The notes: generated by a model not told the origin, from the sequence alone. Counted from the first letter of the stretch, positions 42,443 to 57,418 are shown. The stretch: DNA of 64,000 bases from Octopus vulgaris (GCA_951406725.2 OX597838.1:29140001-29204000); one strand, 5' to 3'. Translations and numbers: made by a program.

Positions 42443-42526
<84 letters not shown>

Positions 42527-43510
42527 CTCAGTCTCATCTCATGGCTCGCTACTTCATCCTTCGTGGATATCCCCTTCTCTGTACATCGGTCAAACGGGAC
42601 GCCGCTTAACTAACCAGTTCACGGAGCACTTCCAAGTCACCAGACTCGGCAATGACACCCCGGTCTCGCGCCATTTCCGCTCTACCGGTCATTCACTATA
42701 ACACTTGTCTATGTTCGGATTGTCTTTGCAGAGGGGTCATCCGGACTCCCGCCTTCACCATGAACAGGAATTAACCTTCTTTCTTCGCTCTATTATGTCA
42801 CATGGGCTCAACTCCTGACTTCCAGACTCTCCTCTTTTCATCTGACATCTATTTTCTCTCTTCACTCCTACCCACATTCTCTCTTCATTCATATCCTCTC
42901 TACCCATCCAACACCCCACTCACCCCACTGCGACATGCTCCACCCCTACCTCCACCCCACACTCACATAAACACCCCATATCCTTATACCCATATCACCA
43001 CACCCCACCACCAAACTACCACACCACCACAACACCACATCCCCACACCACTCCACACACACTAGTACTGACCACTTCCCAGCACCCACACCATACACCA
43101 TCATCTGCAAACCCACACACCATCATCCACACACCAACTCATTACAGATGCACAGATTCACAGACGTCAAAGTCACTAGCCCCTATCCAAACACGCGCTT
43201 ACACATTCTCACATACATACACAGGCACACGCACCTTCGTTTTTGGATCACCAATAAATACTTTATTATCACCCCTTCTTTCTACCTCTCCTATCAAACC
43301 ATTTTCTTTCCAGCCAATCGCCATGCTTGATCGTTAAATCCGCAAGTTTTTTCTTCTCTCTGTTTACTTTCTCTTATTCCTTTCTGTTGAAGAGCGTAGG
43401 CTCGAAACGTAAAAGAGATTTCTCACTTTCCCAAGCGTCAAACTAATATACCTGCTTGTTGTTCATACACCTGTCATCGTCTTTTGTTTTTCTGTACATC
43501 TCAACTATAT
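42527..43510 (+). mobile_element. Penelope-like element 3' fragment: GIY-YIG remnant (42579-42818), 3' UTR and terminal repeat with hammerhead-like motif (43380-43416)
   Basis: LYIGQTGRRLTNQFTEHF...PVSRHFRSTGHS...RLHHEQELTFFLRSIMSHGLNS* (one internal stop). The terminal ~190 bp is homologous to the mini-elements at 16400, 18561 and 29719. Confidence 0.85.
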
Positions 43511-43544
43511 ATATATATGTATAGTTGAGATGTACATACATATA

Positions 43545-43888
43545 CGGCGCAGGAGTGGCTGTGTGGTAAGTAGCTTGCTTACCAACCACATGGTTCCAGG
43601 TTCAGTTTCACTACGTGGGACCTTGGGCAAGTGTCTTCAACTATAGTCTCGCGCCGACTAAAGCCTTGTGAGTGGATTTGGTAGACGGAAACTAAAAGAA
43701 GCCCGTTGTATATATATATATGTATGCATGTATGTATTTGTGTGTTTGTGTTTGTATCCCCATCATCGCTTTGACAACCGATGTTGGTGTGTTTACCTCC
43801 CCGTTCGGCAAAAGAGACCGATAGAATAAGTGGTGTCCTTGCATGGCCACAGACAAATTATTGAAGCAAGCAAAAGAATAAAAGAATA
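43545..43888 (+). mobile_element. SINE family B copy
   Basis: GGCGCAGGAGTGGCTGTGTGGTAAGTAGCTTGCTTACCAACC...AAAAGAATAAAAGAATA. Confidence 0.9.
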
Positions 43889-44699
43889 TACGTACATACA
43901 CACACAGTCTTACACACACACACATATACATTTGCATGTATTCATATACGTGTGTCTGTATGCGTCATTGCGTAAGTGGGTGTGCGTCTGTGTGCGAAGA
44001 AGCATTGTTGGTGTTTGTGACTGTGACCGTGTATATCTGCGTATGTACATACTTTCTCGCATACGCGAAAGTGTGCGTGCGTGCGAGGGAAAGAGAACGA
44101 GAGAGAGAGAGAGAAAGAGAGAGTGTGTTGAAGGGGGAGGAAACCTTTCTTTGACATCCATAGCTGCATCAACGCGACGCAGAACAAACCAGAACCAGTC
44201 ATTTCACATTAAAAGACAGAAACTATTCCATTACACTCAAAAGAAAACAAAAAAAAGACCCCAAATAAAACCAAGCAAAAAAAAACAACAAAAAACAAAA
44301 AACAAAAGATGTCGATGCATGGTCTTCATTCTTCAAATCTCCATATTTAAATCTTCACGTGATCAAAATGTCAGAAATGCATCAGAGTTAATAACAGCAT
44401 GACAGCTGGAAAAAAGGAGAGAGAAAATTACATTGGAAGAAAAGGTAGAAGAAATCTCTCGGTTGAAACAGTCAATTAGAAAATATGACCCCAGAAACGA
44501 ATTCTTTTGACGGCCATTCGGTGTATTGTAATGTTGTTATTGATGGCTTCGGAGATTGGTTAGTTTTAGGTTTTGCTGTTGGTGTTGTTATGTTGTTGTG
44601 TAGTTGTTTGCCTATTCTTATTGTTAGTGCTTGTTTATATATACGTGTGTCTGTGTGTGCACGCGCGTGTGAATGTATATACATGTATGTATATATATT

Positions 44700-44736
<37 letters not shown>

Positions 44737-45332
44737 ATGTATATACATATATATATACATATATATACATACATACTTATTTATATCTATATCTATTTAC
44801 ATATATATATAAGACGCGTGTATATATATATATATATATAATTATGCATAAATGCATACATATACATGCATATTTATACACATACACACATGTATATACA
44901 TATATGCATCATACATGCATAATATATATAAATATATATATATACACACGCACACAGGCGCACACACACACACATATATATGTATATATATAACCAGGTT
45001 AATCTCGAGATTGTATTCCGCACGTAAGCATGTGCCTTGATAATGTTGTGTGTATGGTTACATTAATACAAATAGATCGATTAATGTACGGGTGGATGGA
45101 CGGGTGGATGGACGAATATATGAATGGTTATCTGGCAAGATGGATGGATGGTGGATATATGGATATATTGATAAATAAAACAGGCAGACACAATGTGATA
45201 CAGACATATTAAGAGATATGTATTAAGACTTTTTTCCACACACATTCCTCTACACAAATACACATACACACACACACATATGTGTGCATACCCACACATA
45301 TATATATAATATATATATATCAGATTTCGTAC

Positions 45333-45406
<74 letters not shown>

Positions 45407-45411
<5 letters not shown>

Positions 45412-45642
45412 GGTGAAGTCGTGAGTTGAAACAGACATTGTTGTATTTCGGAATGGTTATAAGAAAGAAGAAAGCAAAGGACCACTTGTGCGGTCAAAGG
45501 AGTTGTTACGAAAGAACTCTGGCCAAAATAAGATTAAGATTAATGTAAAAAATAAATAACACTGAAGCAAAGTAACGCCAAATATATAGTGCGTGTGTTT
45601 TTATTGGCTAAACTGGCAAAATGAGCATTCCGAAATACAACA

Positions 45643-45644
<2 letters not shown>
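45407..45644 (+). mobile_element. Second copy of the 28800 repeat family with decayed ribozyme core, preceded by an inverted copy of its own 3' end
   Basis: 45457-45644 aligns to 28802-28986. 45407-45458 is the reverse complement of the family 3' end (ACCATTCCGAAATACAACAATGTCTGTTTCAAC). Confidence 0.8.
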
Positions 45645-45721
<77 letters not shown>

Positions 45722-45754
45722 AATATATATATATATACATACATATATATATAT

Positions 45755-45859
<105 letters not shown>

Positions 45860-46030
45860 TAGGGCTTAGTAAAATAAATTACTTTGCCACATACTGGTGG
45901 CAAAGTAATTTATTTTACTAAGCCCTAATTATATAATGTAATATTTTGAATTCTCCTTAAATGGTCCTTTTACATACTGAACACTTGGTGAAATTGATTA
46001 ATTAATTAATTTTACCCTCAATTGTTGATA

Positions 46031-46086
<56 letters not shown>

Positions 46087-46142
46087 TATATATATTTATA
46101 TACACTAATAAGAGACGGTGGATTGAACATGCGTCTTTACAA

Positions 46143-46266
46143 TCACTACAATTGTTTCAACACATCATAACCAGCCGTTCATAGCTTTTATATTACATAT
46201 ATTATGAATAAGATTACGTTAATTAATATACCTCAGCAATAGTGGCAAAAGTATCTCGTCGGATGA
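46143..46266 (-). ncRNA. Hammerhead-like motif with long stem II, U4C variant
   Basis: UCAU-CCGACGA-GAUAC...GUGUU-GAAAC-AAUU-GUA/GUGA, with palindromic ACAAUUGU. It lies 3' of a possible decayed GIY-YIG remnant (IQCDCCHWIY, about 46500-46560). Confidence 0.55.
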
Positions 46267-46686
46267 GTAGGGTAAAAAGCTCTACAGATCTCAACAGATC
46301 TTCTTGCGCCACTCCCCTGACGCGATGAATATGCTACTATTGTAGAGTAATAATACGGTAATATTGTTTATAATATAGGTAACTTTCACCACTGAACGGT
46401 TGCGATTCTTGTGTAGAAACGTTTGTAGGGGCATACAATAAAGCATATTCAATCCATCCTCTGATATTTAATATTTTTGTATAAATTCTGTAGATATTTA
46501 TCGACTTCCACATGTATATCCAATGACAGCAGTCACATTGTATGATAGCATTTGGTAGCCGATACTCGTAAAATAGCTTTGGAAAGCACAAAAGGTTTTT
46601 TTTAATGCAGATTTCATATATATATATATAAACATACATACATATATATGTATAAATGAACAAATACACGCACTCATATATAAATG

Positions 46687-46723
<37 letters not shown>

Positions 46724-46744
46724 GCGTGTGTGTGTATATATATC

Positions 46745-46780
<36 letters not shown>

Positions 46781-47052
46781 GTTGCTTTATATATATACGT
46801 GTTTATATATGCATGTGTGTGCATGTATATATGTATATGTATTTACGTGTGTATCATATGTACACACACATTTACATGCATATACATACACATATATATA
46901 TGCATTTAAATTTAAAATAATGAGGGTGAAAAATTGAATTTAAAATAATTCATATATATGTGTGTGTGTGTGTGTATGCATGTATATATATGGATGTCTA
47001 TCACCTATGTATGTATATATGTATATATATGTATGTATGTATCTATATATAT

Positions 47053-47100
<48 letters not shown>

Positions 47101-47414
47101 TGTGTGTATAACATAAATCAAATGCATGCTTCTGCATCTATATTCGTATGTATGTTTGTTATGCGTTCGTCTCGTTCTAGTTAATTCCATTAGTTCCGAT
47201 CTTCCCGCCTCACCGTTCCTTGCGCATGCGCTTTCAGTACCTCACTTACTTCCATGTCCCAGTGGGGGTTATAAACTCAACAGCAACCAAACATCACAAT
47301 TTACGCTTTTGTTTTTCCTTTCTTCGACATTTTCTTTTATTTTTTGCTTAGTCAGGTCTCTTCTGGTGATTCATCACATAATCTAATGCTGTTTGGTTGT
47401 TGCTGTTGTTGTTG

Positions 47415-47480
<66 letters not shown>

Positions 47481-47780
47481 CATCATCGTCGTTGTCGTGG
47501 TTGCAGTCGCCATCACCAACGTTGTCATTATCGTCAGCATCATCATCATCATCATCATCATCATCACTACCACCACCACAACCTCTACCGCAACTATCAT
47601 CATCATTATCATCATTGTCGTCATCTTCGTCATCGTAATCCTCCACCTCCCTCTCCTCTTCTGCGACCTTCCCCTTATCGTCATCACCATCGCCATCACC
47701 ATCATCCTCGTCGTCGTTGTCATCATCATCATTATAATAATAATTATTATAGTAATATAATATTATTCGTCTTTTTTATG

Positions 47781-47863
<83 letters not shown>

Positions 47864-47904
47864 TAAAGTATATTAGTAGAATTACTATTACAAATGGCAG
47901 CCAA

Positions 47905-48115
47905 GACAGTGCCCTGGCGGAATCGTTAGCACGCTGGACAAAATTCTTAGCGATATTTCGTCCGTCTTCATGTTCTGAGTTCAAATTCCGCCGAGGTCAA
48001 CTTTGTCTTTCGTCCTTTCGAGGTCGATAAAATAAGTACCAGTTGAACATTGGGGTCGATGTAATCGACTCATCCCCACCTTCCCCAAGCTGCCCTTGTG
48101 GCAAAAATTCAAAAT
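47905..48115 (+). mobile_element. SINE family A diverged copy
   Basis: CTGGCGGAATCGTTAGCACG...GAGTTCAAATTCCGCCGAGGTC...CCTTTCGAGGTCGATAAAATAAGTACCAG. Confidence 0.85.
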
Positions 48116-48125
48116 AATTATCACC

Positions 48126-48485
48126 ATTACCCTACGCGCGTAAGCGAAAGCAGGGTAGTGTAGTCGCTTGTCTATGTCTGTCTGTGTGTTTGCAAAATTA
48201 CTGGAAAACGGCTGAATTGATTTTCACCAAATTTGGCAGAAATGCTTATTGGGCGAATGGTTCGAACTCCTTATTTTGGTTTCATTATCTTTAAAACTGG
48301 TGGACGGGTGAATCAAAATGATTTTGTATTGTTTGTTTACATATACATAAACGATAAGCAGGGGAAGTAACTCTCGATGTCATTTTGTTGAAATATGAAT
48401 TCGTCTGAGAATATATTTATTAAATTAAATTTTATTTTATCGTTGGTGCACGCAGGGTATGCATCATCCCTCCGATGCCTTTTTT
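48126..48485 (+). mobile_element. HINE/DINE-1-like non-autonomous Helentron
   Basis: 5' TACCCT..CAGGGTA hairpin, (GTCT)n, GATTTTCACCAAATTTGGC core, 3' subTIR GCAGGGTAT, terminal stem-loop GCATC..GATGC and T run. Confidence 0.7.
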
Positions 48486-48697
48486 CTTCATTATTATTAT
48501 TATTTTTGTTTCTTCGTCAAATCTCTTTTTGTGACACATCCTGTGAGTTCTTCAACAACATCCCACGTATCTTTTCTAAACAAGACATGAGGAGGCACGT
48601 GGGAGACAAGTGGGAGACACGTGGGAAACACATGGGAGACACGCGACGAAAGCGCTTTGACAAGGAAACTAATAATAATAATAATAATAATAATAAT

Positions 48698-48872
48698 ACC
48701 CCACCTGCAAGGTTATGCGCTGTTTATCTTGATATGAGATCATGTCGAGCACATATGGTTGTGATGCATGTGCCTGGTATACTCTTATCAGACGGGTAGT
48801 CATGATGGGTATATTGGGCTTCGTATATTTTACCCCAGTGTCACTTTGATGGCGTGCACTGCTCTCTCACTC
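48698..48872 (+). mobile_element. Short insertion flanked by (TAA)n, probable 3' end of a TAA-targeting non-LTR element
   Basis: 175-bp segment bounded on both sides by (TAA)n. Confidence 0.5.
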
Positions 48873-49230
48873 AATAATAATAATAACAATAATAACAATA
48901 ATAATAAAGCTGAAGATTAAACATCTAGTGCATGTGTTTACTTGGCAAAAATATGACCAATCCTAAGTATAACAATACCTGTTCCAAAACACTATGTCAC
49001 ATCAAGAATCTTGAAGAGAGACAAAATGGAGTAAACAGAACAGGAGGATAGACATAGATGGACGAGTTGCTGTAAGGAAAGAATTCCAGACAATGGTCAT
49101 ATTGCTGTTTCTTTTTATTTATTTTTTTTCGTTTTCGCTTTTGTTCTTGTCTTCTCCTTCATCAAAAGAAGCCATTTTGCAACTAATATCATATCAACAA
49201 AATTCGTGTTTCTCGTATTGTAAGAACAAT

Positions 49231-49612
49231 GGAAGCACTCCGTCGGTTACGACGACGAGGGTTCCGGTTGATCCGATCAACGGAACAGCCTGCTCGTGAA
49301 ATTAACGTGTAAGTGGCTGAGCACTCCACAGACACGTGTACCCTTAACGTAGTTCTCAGGGGATATTCAGCGTGACACAGAGAGTGACAAGCCCGGCCCT
49401 TTGAAATACAGGTACAACAGAAACAGGAAGTAAGAGTGAGAGAAAGTTGTGGTGAAAGAGTACAGCAGGGATCACCACCATCCCCTGCCGGAGCCTCGTG
49501 GAGCTTTAGGTGTTTTCGCTCAATAAACACTCACAACGCCCGGTCTGGGAATCGAAACCGCGATCCTACGACCGCGAGTCCTCTGCCCTAACCACTGGGC
49601 CATTGCGCCTCC
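49231..49612 (-). mobile_element. Full-length tRNA-derived SINE family C with 12-bp TSD
   Basis: Head GGAGGCGCAATGGCCCAGTGGTTAGG...GGTTTCGATTCCC. TGTAAGAACAAT at 49219-49230 and 49613-49624. Confidence 0.92.
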
Positions 49613-49992
49613 TGTAAGAACAATAGTGAACGAGTGAAGAACAAACATACAGTGCGCGTGTTTATTTGGTAAGAAAAATAAAAATAATGACCGTCCCGAA
49701 ATGTAACATATCTGTTTCAATACGCGATTTCACATCAGGAATCCCGCAAAACAAATTCATAAACGTAATTTTATATCCTTTGTTGTATATGTTTTTTTTT
49801 ATTCCTCTTATGGTCGTTATCAATCCCCTCCTTTTGTGTGTTGTCATTCAACGCAATCTTCAATGCCTTGGGCCCTTGTTGACAACAAAAGAAATCGTTA
49901 TCATCCACATCATCATCATCATCATCATCCTCATCATCATCATCACCATCAACATCATCGTCGTTATCATTATTATTATTATTATTATTATT

Positions 49993-50083
49993 ATTCAGTA
50001 GTTTTATTTTTATAGCGTGCTTTCACCTCACTACCGAACGCAGCTCTGTGTGACTTGGGTATGTGCTGTGATTTGTTGTAATG

Positions 50084-50087
<4 letters not shown>
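49993..50087 (-). mobile_element. 3'-end fragment of a second TAA-associated non-LTR family (another copy at 54080-54180)
   Basis: Both copies read (TTA)n-TTCAGTAGT-TTATTTTTAT--CGTGCTTTCAC...CAGCTCTGT-TG-CTTGGGTATGTG. Confidence 0.65.
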
Positions 50088-50149
<62 letters not shown>

Positions 50150-50150
<1 letters not shown>

Positions 50151-53100
50151 TATGTTTGACTTTTGCTTTATATTTGTACAAGTTGGCTCCAAGTCTCACC
50201 CAGAGACCTCAAGAGACAACAGGTTGGAAGTTCATGTTGTTGTTATGCCTAGTGTGCCATATATTTTTTTTTTGGGGGGGAGTTTTTGGTGTTGTACTAA
50301 TGAATGTCTAAAAAAAAAAATTTAATTAAAAAAAATTTTCTTTTTTTTTTTTTTTTTAAAAAACGAAAATTATGTTTGTTTTAAACCTTGAGATTACATA
50401 GAAAGTATTTTGCGTAGGATATGAGCAGTTCCCATGAGCACTATCTTTTGAATTTCTGCCATTTTTGGGTTTCCTGGTATCTGAGTTAGGTAGCTATCAG
50501 CCCCTTTTGCTATCATTCCCAGGGCACCTATGACAACAGGTATTGTTTTAGTCTTCAGGTTCCACATTTTGCTGATTTCTATTTCAAGATCTTTATATTT
50601 GCTCAGTTTTTGGTAGGTCTTGACAGATACGTTTATATCGATTGGGACAGTCATATCAATGAGGAGGCATGTTCTTTGTTTGAAGTCTTTCAATATGATG
50701 TCTGGCCTATTTGCATCTATCTTTCTGTCAGTTTGAATGGTGAAATTCCAGAGGAGTGAGATGTGGTCATTTTCAAGCACTGGGGTGGTTTGTGTTCCCA
50801 CCAGTTTTTTTCATGGGGCAAATCCAGGTTTTTGCAGATTACCCAGTGAATATATTGTGCAGCTCTATCGTATCTGTTGAGATACTCTGTAGGCGCTAGA
50901 AGACTGCACTTGGAGACCACATGGTCAATGGTTTCATTTTGTTGTCGGCATACACGACACGTTGGACTGCTTCTGATCTTTAATATGTTGGCCTGGTAGT
51001 TTCTTGTTGGTAGGCATTGATCTTGAGCTGCTATGATAAACCCTTCTGTTTCAGATTTTAAGCCAGAGGCCATTAGCCATTGATGGGTCAGGGTTTTGTC
51101 AACATCTGCATTATTTGCTCTCTTTGGGTATTTGCCATAGAGAGGTTTTTCTTGCCATTTATCATTCAGAATATCTAAGGCCGCAGATTTAGCACGGGTT
51201 TTCATGCGCTTAGCTTTTTCTGTGCCTGTTTCTTGTATGTCTATCTCTAATTCCGAAATTTGTTCTATTCGGAATTCACTTAGATATTCCTTTGCCTGTT
51301 TTGTTACTGAGTATGATGCTTTCTTGTTTTCATGTTTTGAGACAAGTTTTAACATCCAGTCCTCAGAGTTTTTCAGGTAGGTGTCTAGGCCAATTGTAGC
51401 AATCTTCATTGTTATTGCCAGTTGTAAAAGTCCACGGCCTCCTCTTTTCTTGGCAGATAAAGCCGTTCTGCATCTGCCTTAGGGTGGTGCATTCTATGCA
51501 TTGTCAACAGTTTTCGTATTTTTCTGTCAAGATTACATATTTCAGTAATTGACCAGTTAACGATATTGAAACTGTAAGTCACAACTGGTATGGCTAATGC
51601 ATTGATCGCTTCGATCCTGTTTCTCGCATTCAGCTCTGTCTTGAGTATTGCTCTTACTCTGCGATAACATTCTCTCCTGATCCTTTCCTTCATCTCTGAA
51701 TGCCTTATTCCTTCTCCTTCAATTACCCCTAGATACTTGTAGTTCTCTCCTGGGTCTAATTCTTTTATGACATTCTGCTGGTCAAGGTTAACGTTAGATG
51801 TTTCTGTCATTTTTCCTCTGATAAAGGTAGCTTTTGCACACTTGTCGAGACCAAATTGCATTCTGATGTCATCACTGAATTGTTTGACAATCGCTAGTAA
51901 GCCCTTGAGTTGTTGGTCATTTTTTGCAAAGAGCTTTAAATCATCCATATAAATGAGATGATTTATATTTTTATCAAACATTTTATATCCGTACTGCGCG
52001 TCATTGAGCAGTTTTGAGAGAGGTATTAAGGCTAAACAGAAGAGGAGTGGTGATAGTGAGTCACCCTGGAAAATGCCACATGAAATTTTTACATCACCAG
52101 CATTTAGAGATTCATTGTCACTGTTCAAAGTTAGTGTGGTTCTCCATGATCTCATACTTACAGACAAAAAGTTTCGCAGAGCAGGTGCTATCTTATACAT
52201 TTCTAGGCATTTCTTAATCCAGCTATGTGGTAGGCTATCAAAAGCCTTTTTATAGTCTATCCAGGCTATTGATAAGTTTTTGTGTCGTTTGTGACAATCT
52301 TCTAAGATCATCTTATTGATGAGTAGTTGATCTTTACAACCGTAGGATCCACGTTTACATCCTTTCTGTTCATTAGGGAATATGCTGCTGTCTGTCAAAA
52401 AACTATAGGTATATTCCGTCAGGAAAGATGTTAGTGTTTTATACATAGTTGTTAAGCAGGTTATGGGTCTATAGTTTTTTTGGTTCATTTGTTTCTTCAC
52501 TTTTTGGAAGCAGGAATGTTAACCCATTAACTAGCCAAGGAGGCATCCTACTAGGGTGTTGCAAAACATCATTGTAAAGTTCTGTTAGCCGTTGATGGCT
52601 CTCTGGGAAGGCATTCAACCAAAAGTTAGGGATTTTATCCTTTCCAGGAGACTTCCATTTGCTTGACCTCCTGAGAGCAGATCTTACATCTTCTACCTTG
52701 ACACCCTCCCACTTTTGCTCTTCTAAGGAGTCCAGTTCTTTAGATATTCTATCAATCCAGGGGGTCTTTTCGCTGTGTGTGTTTTCTTCTGCCCAAATTT
52801 TATTCCAAAATCCCTGCACTTCTTCTTTTGATGGTACAGACTTTACACTAACTGTTGTTTTTCCTATCTTCCTGTAAAAAGTTTTGGGGTTATTTTTTAA
52901 CATGTTGTTGTCCCTGAAGAATCTAACACGCTTTTCATACCTCGCTATGCGGGCAGCTTTAGCAGATACCTTTTGCTTGATGGTTTCTATGGTGGCATCA
53001 ATATCAAGTATAGTTTTCAAATTATATTTTTTCATTAGTTTTTGGGTTTTTGTAGGTTTGGTAGTCTTATGAACCTTAAGGTTTTTCAAATATTCAATGT

Positions 53101-53625
53101 CAGATCTAAATAGTTTAATTTGTTGTTGCAAACGCTCTTGCCAAGAAGGCTTTTTGTGGAAATGTTGCCGTTTTCTAATCTTTTCACCACATAGGATCGT
53201 TGAGATTTTCGCGGATGCATAGTATAGGTGGTTGAGATTTGTGATATCAACATCATTAGCTGAAATTATATCCTTAAGTGCAAGCCGGGTTTTACCAATT
53301 ATTTTCATGTTTTGGTTAGAGTTGCGGATTTTAGGGAGTGTATCACGTTCATCCATACTGGTTTCTTTAATTTTCAGCCATTCAATCATGATTTGACTTT
53401 TTAGCTCATGTAGTTCTGTCAGGTCAATATTTGTGTGACTTTCTTCATCTATTTGATGTTCATCTGTCTTAGTGTTTATATTTGGTTCAGAGAGTATTTC
53501 ACTTTGCCTATCACTTATACTAACTCTTTCAATCCTTGCTTCGTTTTTATTAGCTCTGAGCTGGTCTATAATTATTTCCTCTGTATTATCTTCTCTAGCT
53601 GCAGCTTCGTTCATTCTATCCGTTA
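50150..53625 (-). mobile_element. R4/Dong-clade non-LTR retrotransposon (RT, CCHC, restriction-like endonuclease), 5'-truncated, three frameshifts
   Basis: KSPGKD, NYRPITCL, WIDYKKAFDS, GIFQGDSLSPLLF, YMDDLK, YKYLG, CRVC..ETIDHVVSKC, RPDII..LIDMTVP..KLSKYKDL. ORF pieces 53614-52469, 52500-51412, 51409-50717, 50801-50394. Flanked by (TAA)n on both sides. Confidence 0.95.
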
Positions 53626-54080
<455 letters not shown>

Positions 54081-55230
54081 TCAGTAGTCTTATTTTTATC
54101 ACGTGCTTTCACTGCATTTACCGAGGACAGCTCTGTATGCCTTGGGTATGTGTTGTGGTTTGTTTTGGTGTAGTTACTTTCACTGCTATCATCCTCCACC
54201 TCCTCCTCCTCCTCCTCCTCCTCCTCATCATCATCATCATTATCATTATTATTTTGGCTTTTGTTGCTGTCTTTATCGTGCGCACATCGACTTAAGCCTG
54301 ACCAAGTCAGAAACGAAAAACAAGCAAAGCGAATGCACAAACCAGTGCAAAATAAACTAAAGCAAAGCAAAGCAAACTGTTCGAAAGCAAAGTTATTTGT
54401 AACTGTGACTACTAAAAGGTCACATACGCATGCTCACAATATTGCTGTTTCTTTTTTGCTTTTCTCTTTTTTCGTTTTCGGTTTTGTTCGCTTTCATTAA
54501 ACGAAGCCATTTTGCAACTAATATCATATCAACAAAATTCGTGTTTCTCGTATTGTAAGCTATATTCCCATTCTAGTTCTCGGCTGTTGTCCAATAAAAG
54601 TAATAACAACCAATAAATAATACAGATATCGGCCAACTCACGGGTTATTAATTATTACAAATGTTATTGATTTTTTTTTTACTCTTACCTATTTATGTTC
54701 GCCTTTCTTTCCATTTTTGCTATTGTTACTGTTGCCGTTAATATTATTTGCTCTTCTTGCTTGTTCTGCATTTGATAAATCACGATTTGCTCGCCGTTGT
54801 CGAAATCCGAGGCAAGGCAAGGCAAGGCAAATAAAGCAGGCAAACTAAGTTGGCAGACATTATTGAGCAGACGACAACGACATACCGAAATATCACTCTT
54901 TTCTTTCATTTTTTTGTTTGTTCTTCCTCCCAGACTTATTATTCTTAGTCTTTCACTCATATACCACACATATTCTCTCGCGTGCTCTCTCTCTCTCTCT
55001 CTCTCTTATTCCTGCTCTATCCCTCTACCTCTATATTTTTATCTCTTATCTACTGCTTTCTTTTAAATTCCACAGATATATCTCCCACATTCTATTCATA
55101 TTCCTCTCTCCATTCAATGTTCCTGTTCCTCTCATTTCAAGTTTTACAATTTCCTGAAAATATCCCTTTTCAAATATGCATATGGTCTTACCATTCTACT
55201 GTTTTTTCTTTCTTTCTCTGTCTCTCTGTC

Positions 55231-55308
<78 letters not shown>

Positions 55309-55318
55309 CATACATATA

Positions 55319-55349
<31 letters not shown>

Positions 55350-55425
55350 GTATATATATAAAGACTTAACAGGCCTCACAGATTTTTCTGATTTTCAAAA
55401 GTTATATATGTATATATATATGTAT

Positions 55426-55496
<71 letters not shown>

Positions 55497-55546
55497 TATA
55501 TATATACATATACATACATACATACATACATACATACATACATACA

Positions 55547-55582
<36 letters not shown>

Positions 55583-55770
55583 CCTTTTAAATTTATTTAC
55601 GGGAAACGTTTTGAATATGCAGATAAAGCTCCTATTCCATTTTGCCAACCACAGTCTAATGACTGGTGAACCAGGTTTTTGGGGTTGTATCAAGCTATAC
55701 CGATATAATGTAGGATAAATAGAGCAATAATAACAATAATACCTGGATGGAATTTATAAACATTTAATGC

Positions 55771-55842
55771 ATCGCTACGCGTGTTTCCACAATTCGCGGG
55801 TATCGGGTAGAGCATCTTCATGGATTCATTTCTTCAGGCGAT
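55771..55842 (-). ncRNA. Type-I hammerhead motif; diverged inverted sister copy at 55910-56041 (+)
   Basis: AUCGC-CUGAAGA...GAAAC-ACGC-GUA/GCGAU: perfect 5-bp stem I, imperfect stem II. The sister has CUAAAGA and GAAAC-GCGC-GUA/GCGAU. Confidence 0.65.
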
Positions 55843-56111
55843 ATAACATTAACGGATGTTTCACAGAGGTTTTTTTATCTCTTTTGACCAGTGCGAAGGT
55901 TGATTGAGTTTGCTAAAGAAATGAGTCCATGAATATGATCAACCCGAGACCCATGGATACTACGGACTACACTGTAATCATCCGAGGAATACGGTCTATG
56001 ATCTTAAAAGACATGTGATTTATGGAAACGCGCGTAGCGATGCATCAAATGTTTATAGATTCCCTGCCATGATTTTTGTTATTATAACTATATATACATA
56101 TGCATGTATGT

Positions 56112-56167
<56 letters not shown>

Positions 56168-56559
56168 TAGCGCATTGTCTCCTTGCAGTACCCTTTTAAC
56201 CATTGTTTCTAGGTTCCTATGTTTCATTTATTGTTTACCACATTCACTTTCAATCTCTCCTCTTTCTCACTCTCGTTATGTATGTATGTATGTATGTATG
56301 TGTGTATGTATGTATGTATGTATGTATTTAAGTACTTATATATGTACTCACACACACACACACACATATGTATATATATATATATACGTACGTATGTATA
56401 TAGATATATGTTTATATATATATATATATATATGTTTATATATATACATACATACTTATATATATATCAATCTATCTCAAGTCTGTTTATCTGTGCATAC
56501 ACACACACGCACACATATGTATATACAGTAAGAGAGAAAGAGTGAGAGAGCGAGTGAGA

Positions 56560-56580
56560 TACATAGATAGCCAGACAGTC

Positions 56581-56634
<54 letters not shown>

Positions 56635-56639
56635 GTAGG

Positions 56640-56718
<79 letters not shown>

Positions 56719-56736
56719 GTAGGTAGATAGATAGAT

Positions 56737-56821
<85 letters not shown>

Positions 56822-56836
56822 TATAGTTAGTTAGAC

Positions 56837-56877
<41 letters not shown>

Positions 56878-57120
56878 CATACATACATGCGCACATGCAT
56901 ACATACATAAGGGTAGGTAGATAGGTAGGCAGGAAGGTAGGTTAATAGATAGATAGATAGATAGATACATAGGAAAAGAGACAGAGTTAGATAGATAGAC
57001 AGACAGGTAGACAGGCAGGTAGACAGGCAGGTAGGTAGACAGGCAGGTAGGTAGGTAGGTAGGTAGGTAGGTAGGTAGGTAGGTAGGTAGGTAGATAAAC
57101 TGATAGAAAGATAAATAGAT
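56560..57120. repeat. (GATA)n/(GGTA)n microsatellite
   Basis: Directly visible. Confidence 0.96.
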
Positions 57121-57375
57121 AATATGGGCATAGATATAGAGAAATAATGTATGTAAATGCGTGAGCGTGTGTGTGTGTGCAAATATATTACATATGTCTC
57201 TTATTTAATTACCATTTCTTCATTATTGCAGATCCACTCCCTCACTCCTCCCCTTCCTCTTTCTTTCACATAGTCCTCCTACTCCGACTATTCCCGCTCG
57301 CCCAGTTTCGCCATTACCACATTCTCTTCCGGTTTTGGCTGTGACTTTTCACTGCAATACGAATCTCACACAACC

Positions 57376-57418
<43 letters not shown>

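Noticed and set aside
49540-49612. tRNA-like sequence (also near 40003, 8700-8784 and 63946)
   Set aside because: These are SINE heads: no complete acceptor stem, continuous with SINE bodies, and TSD-flanked in two cases.
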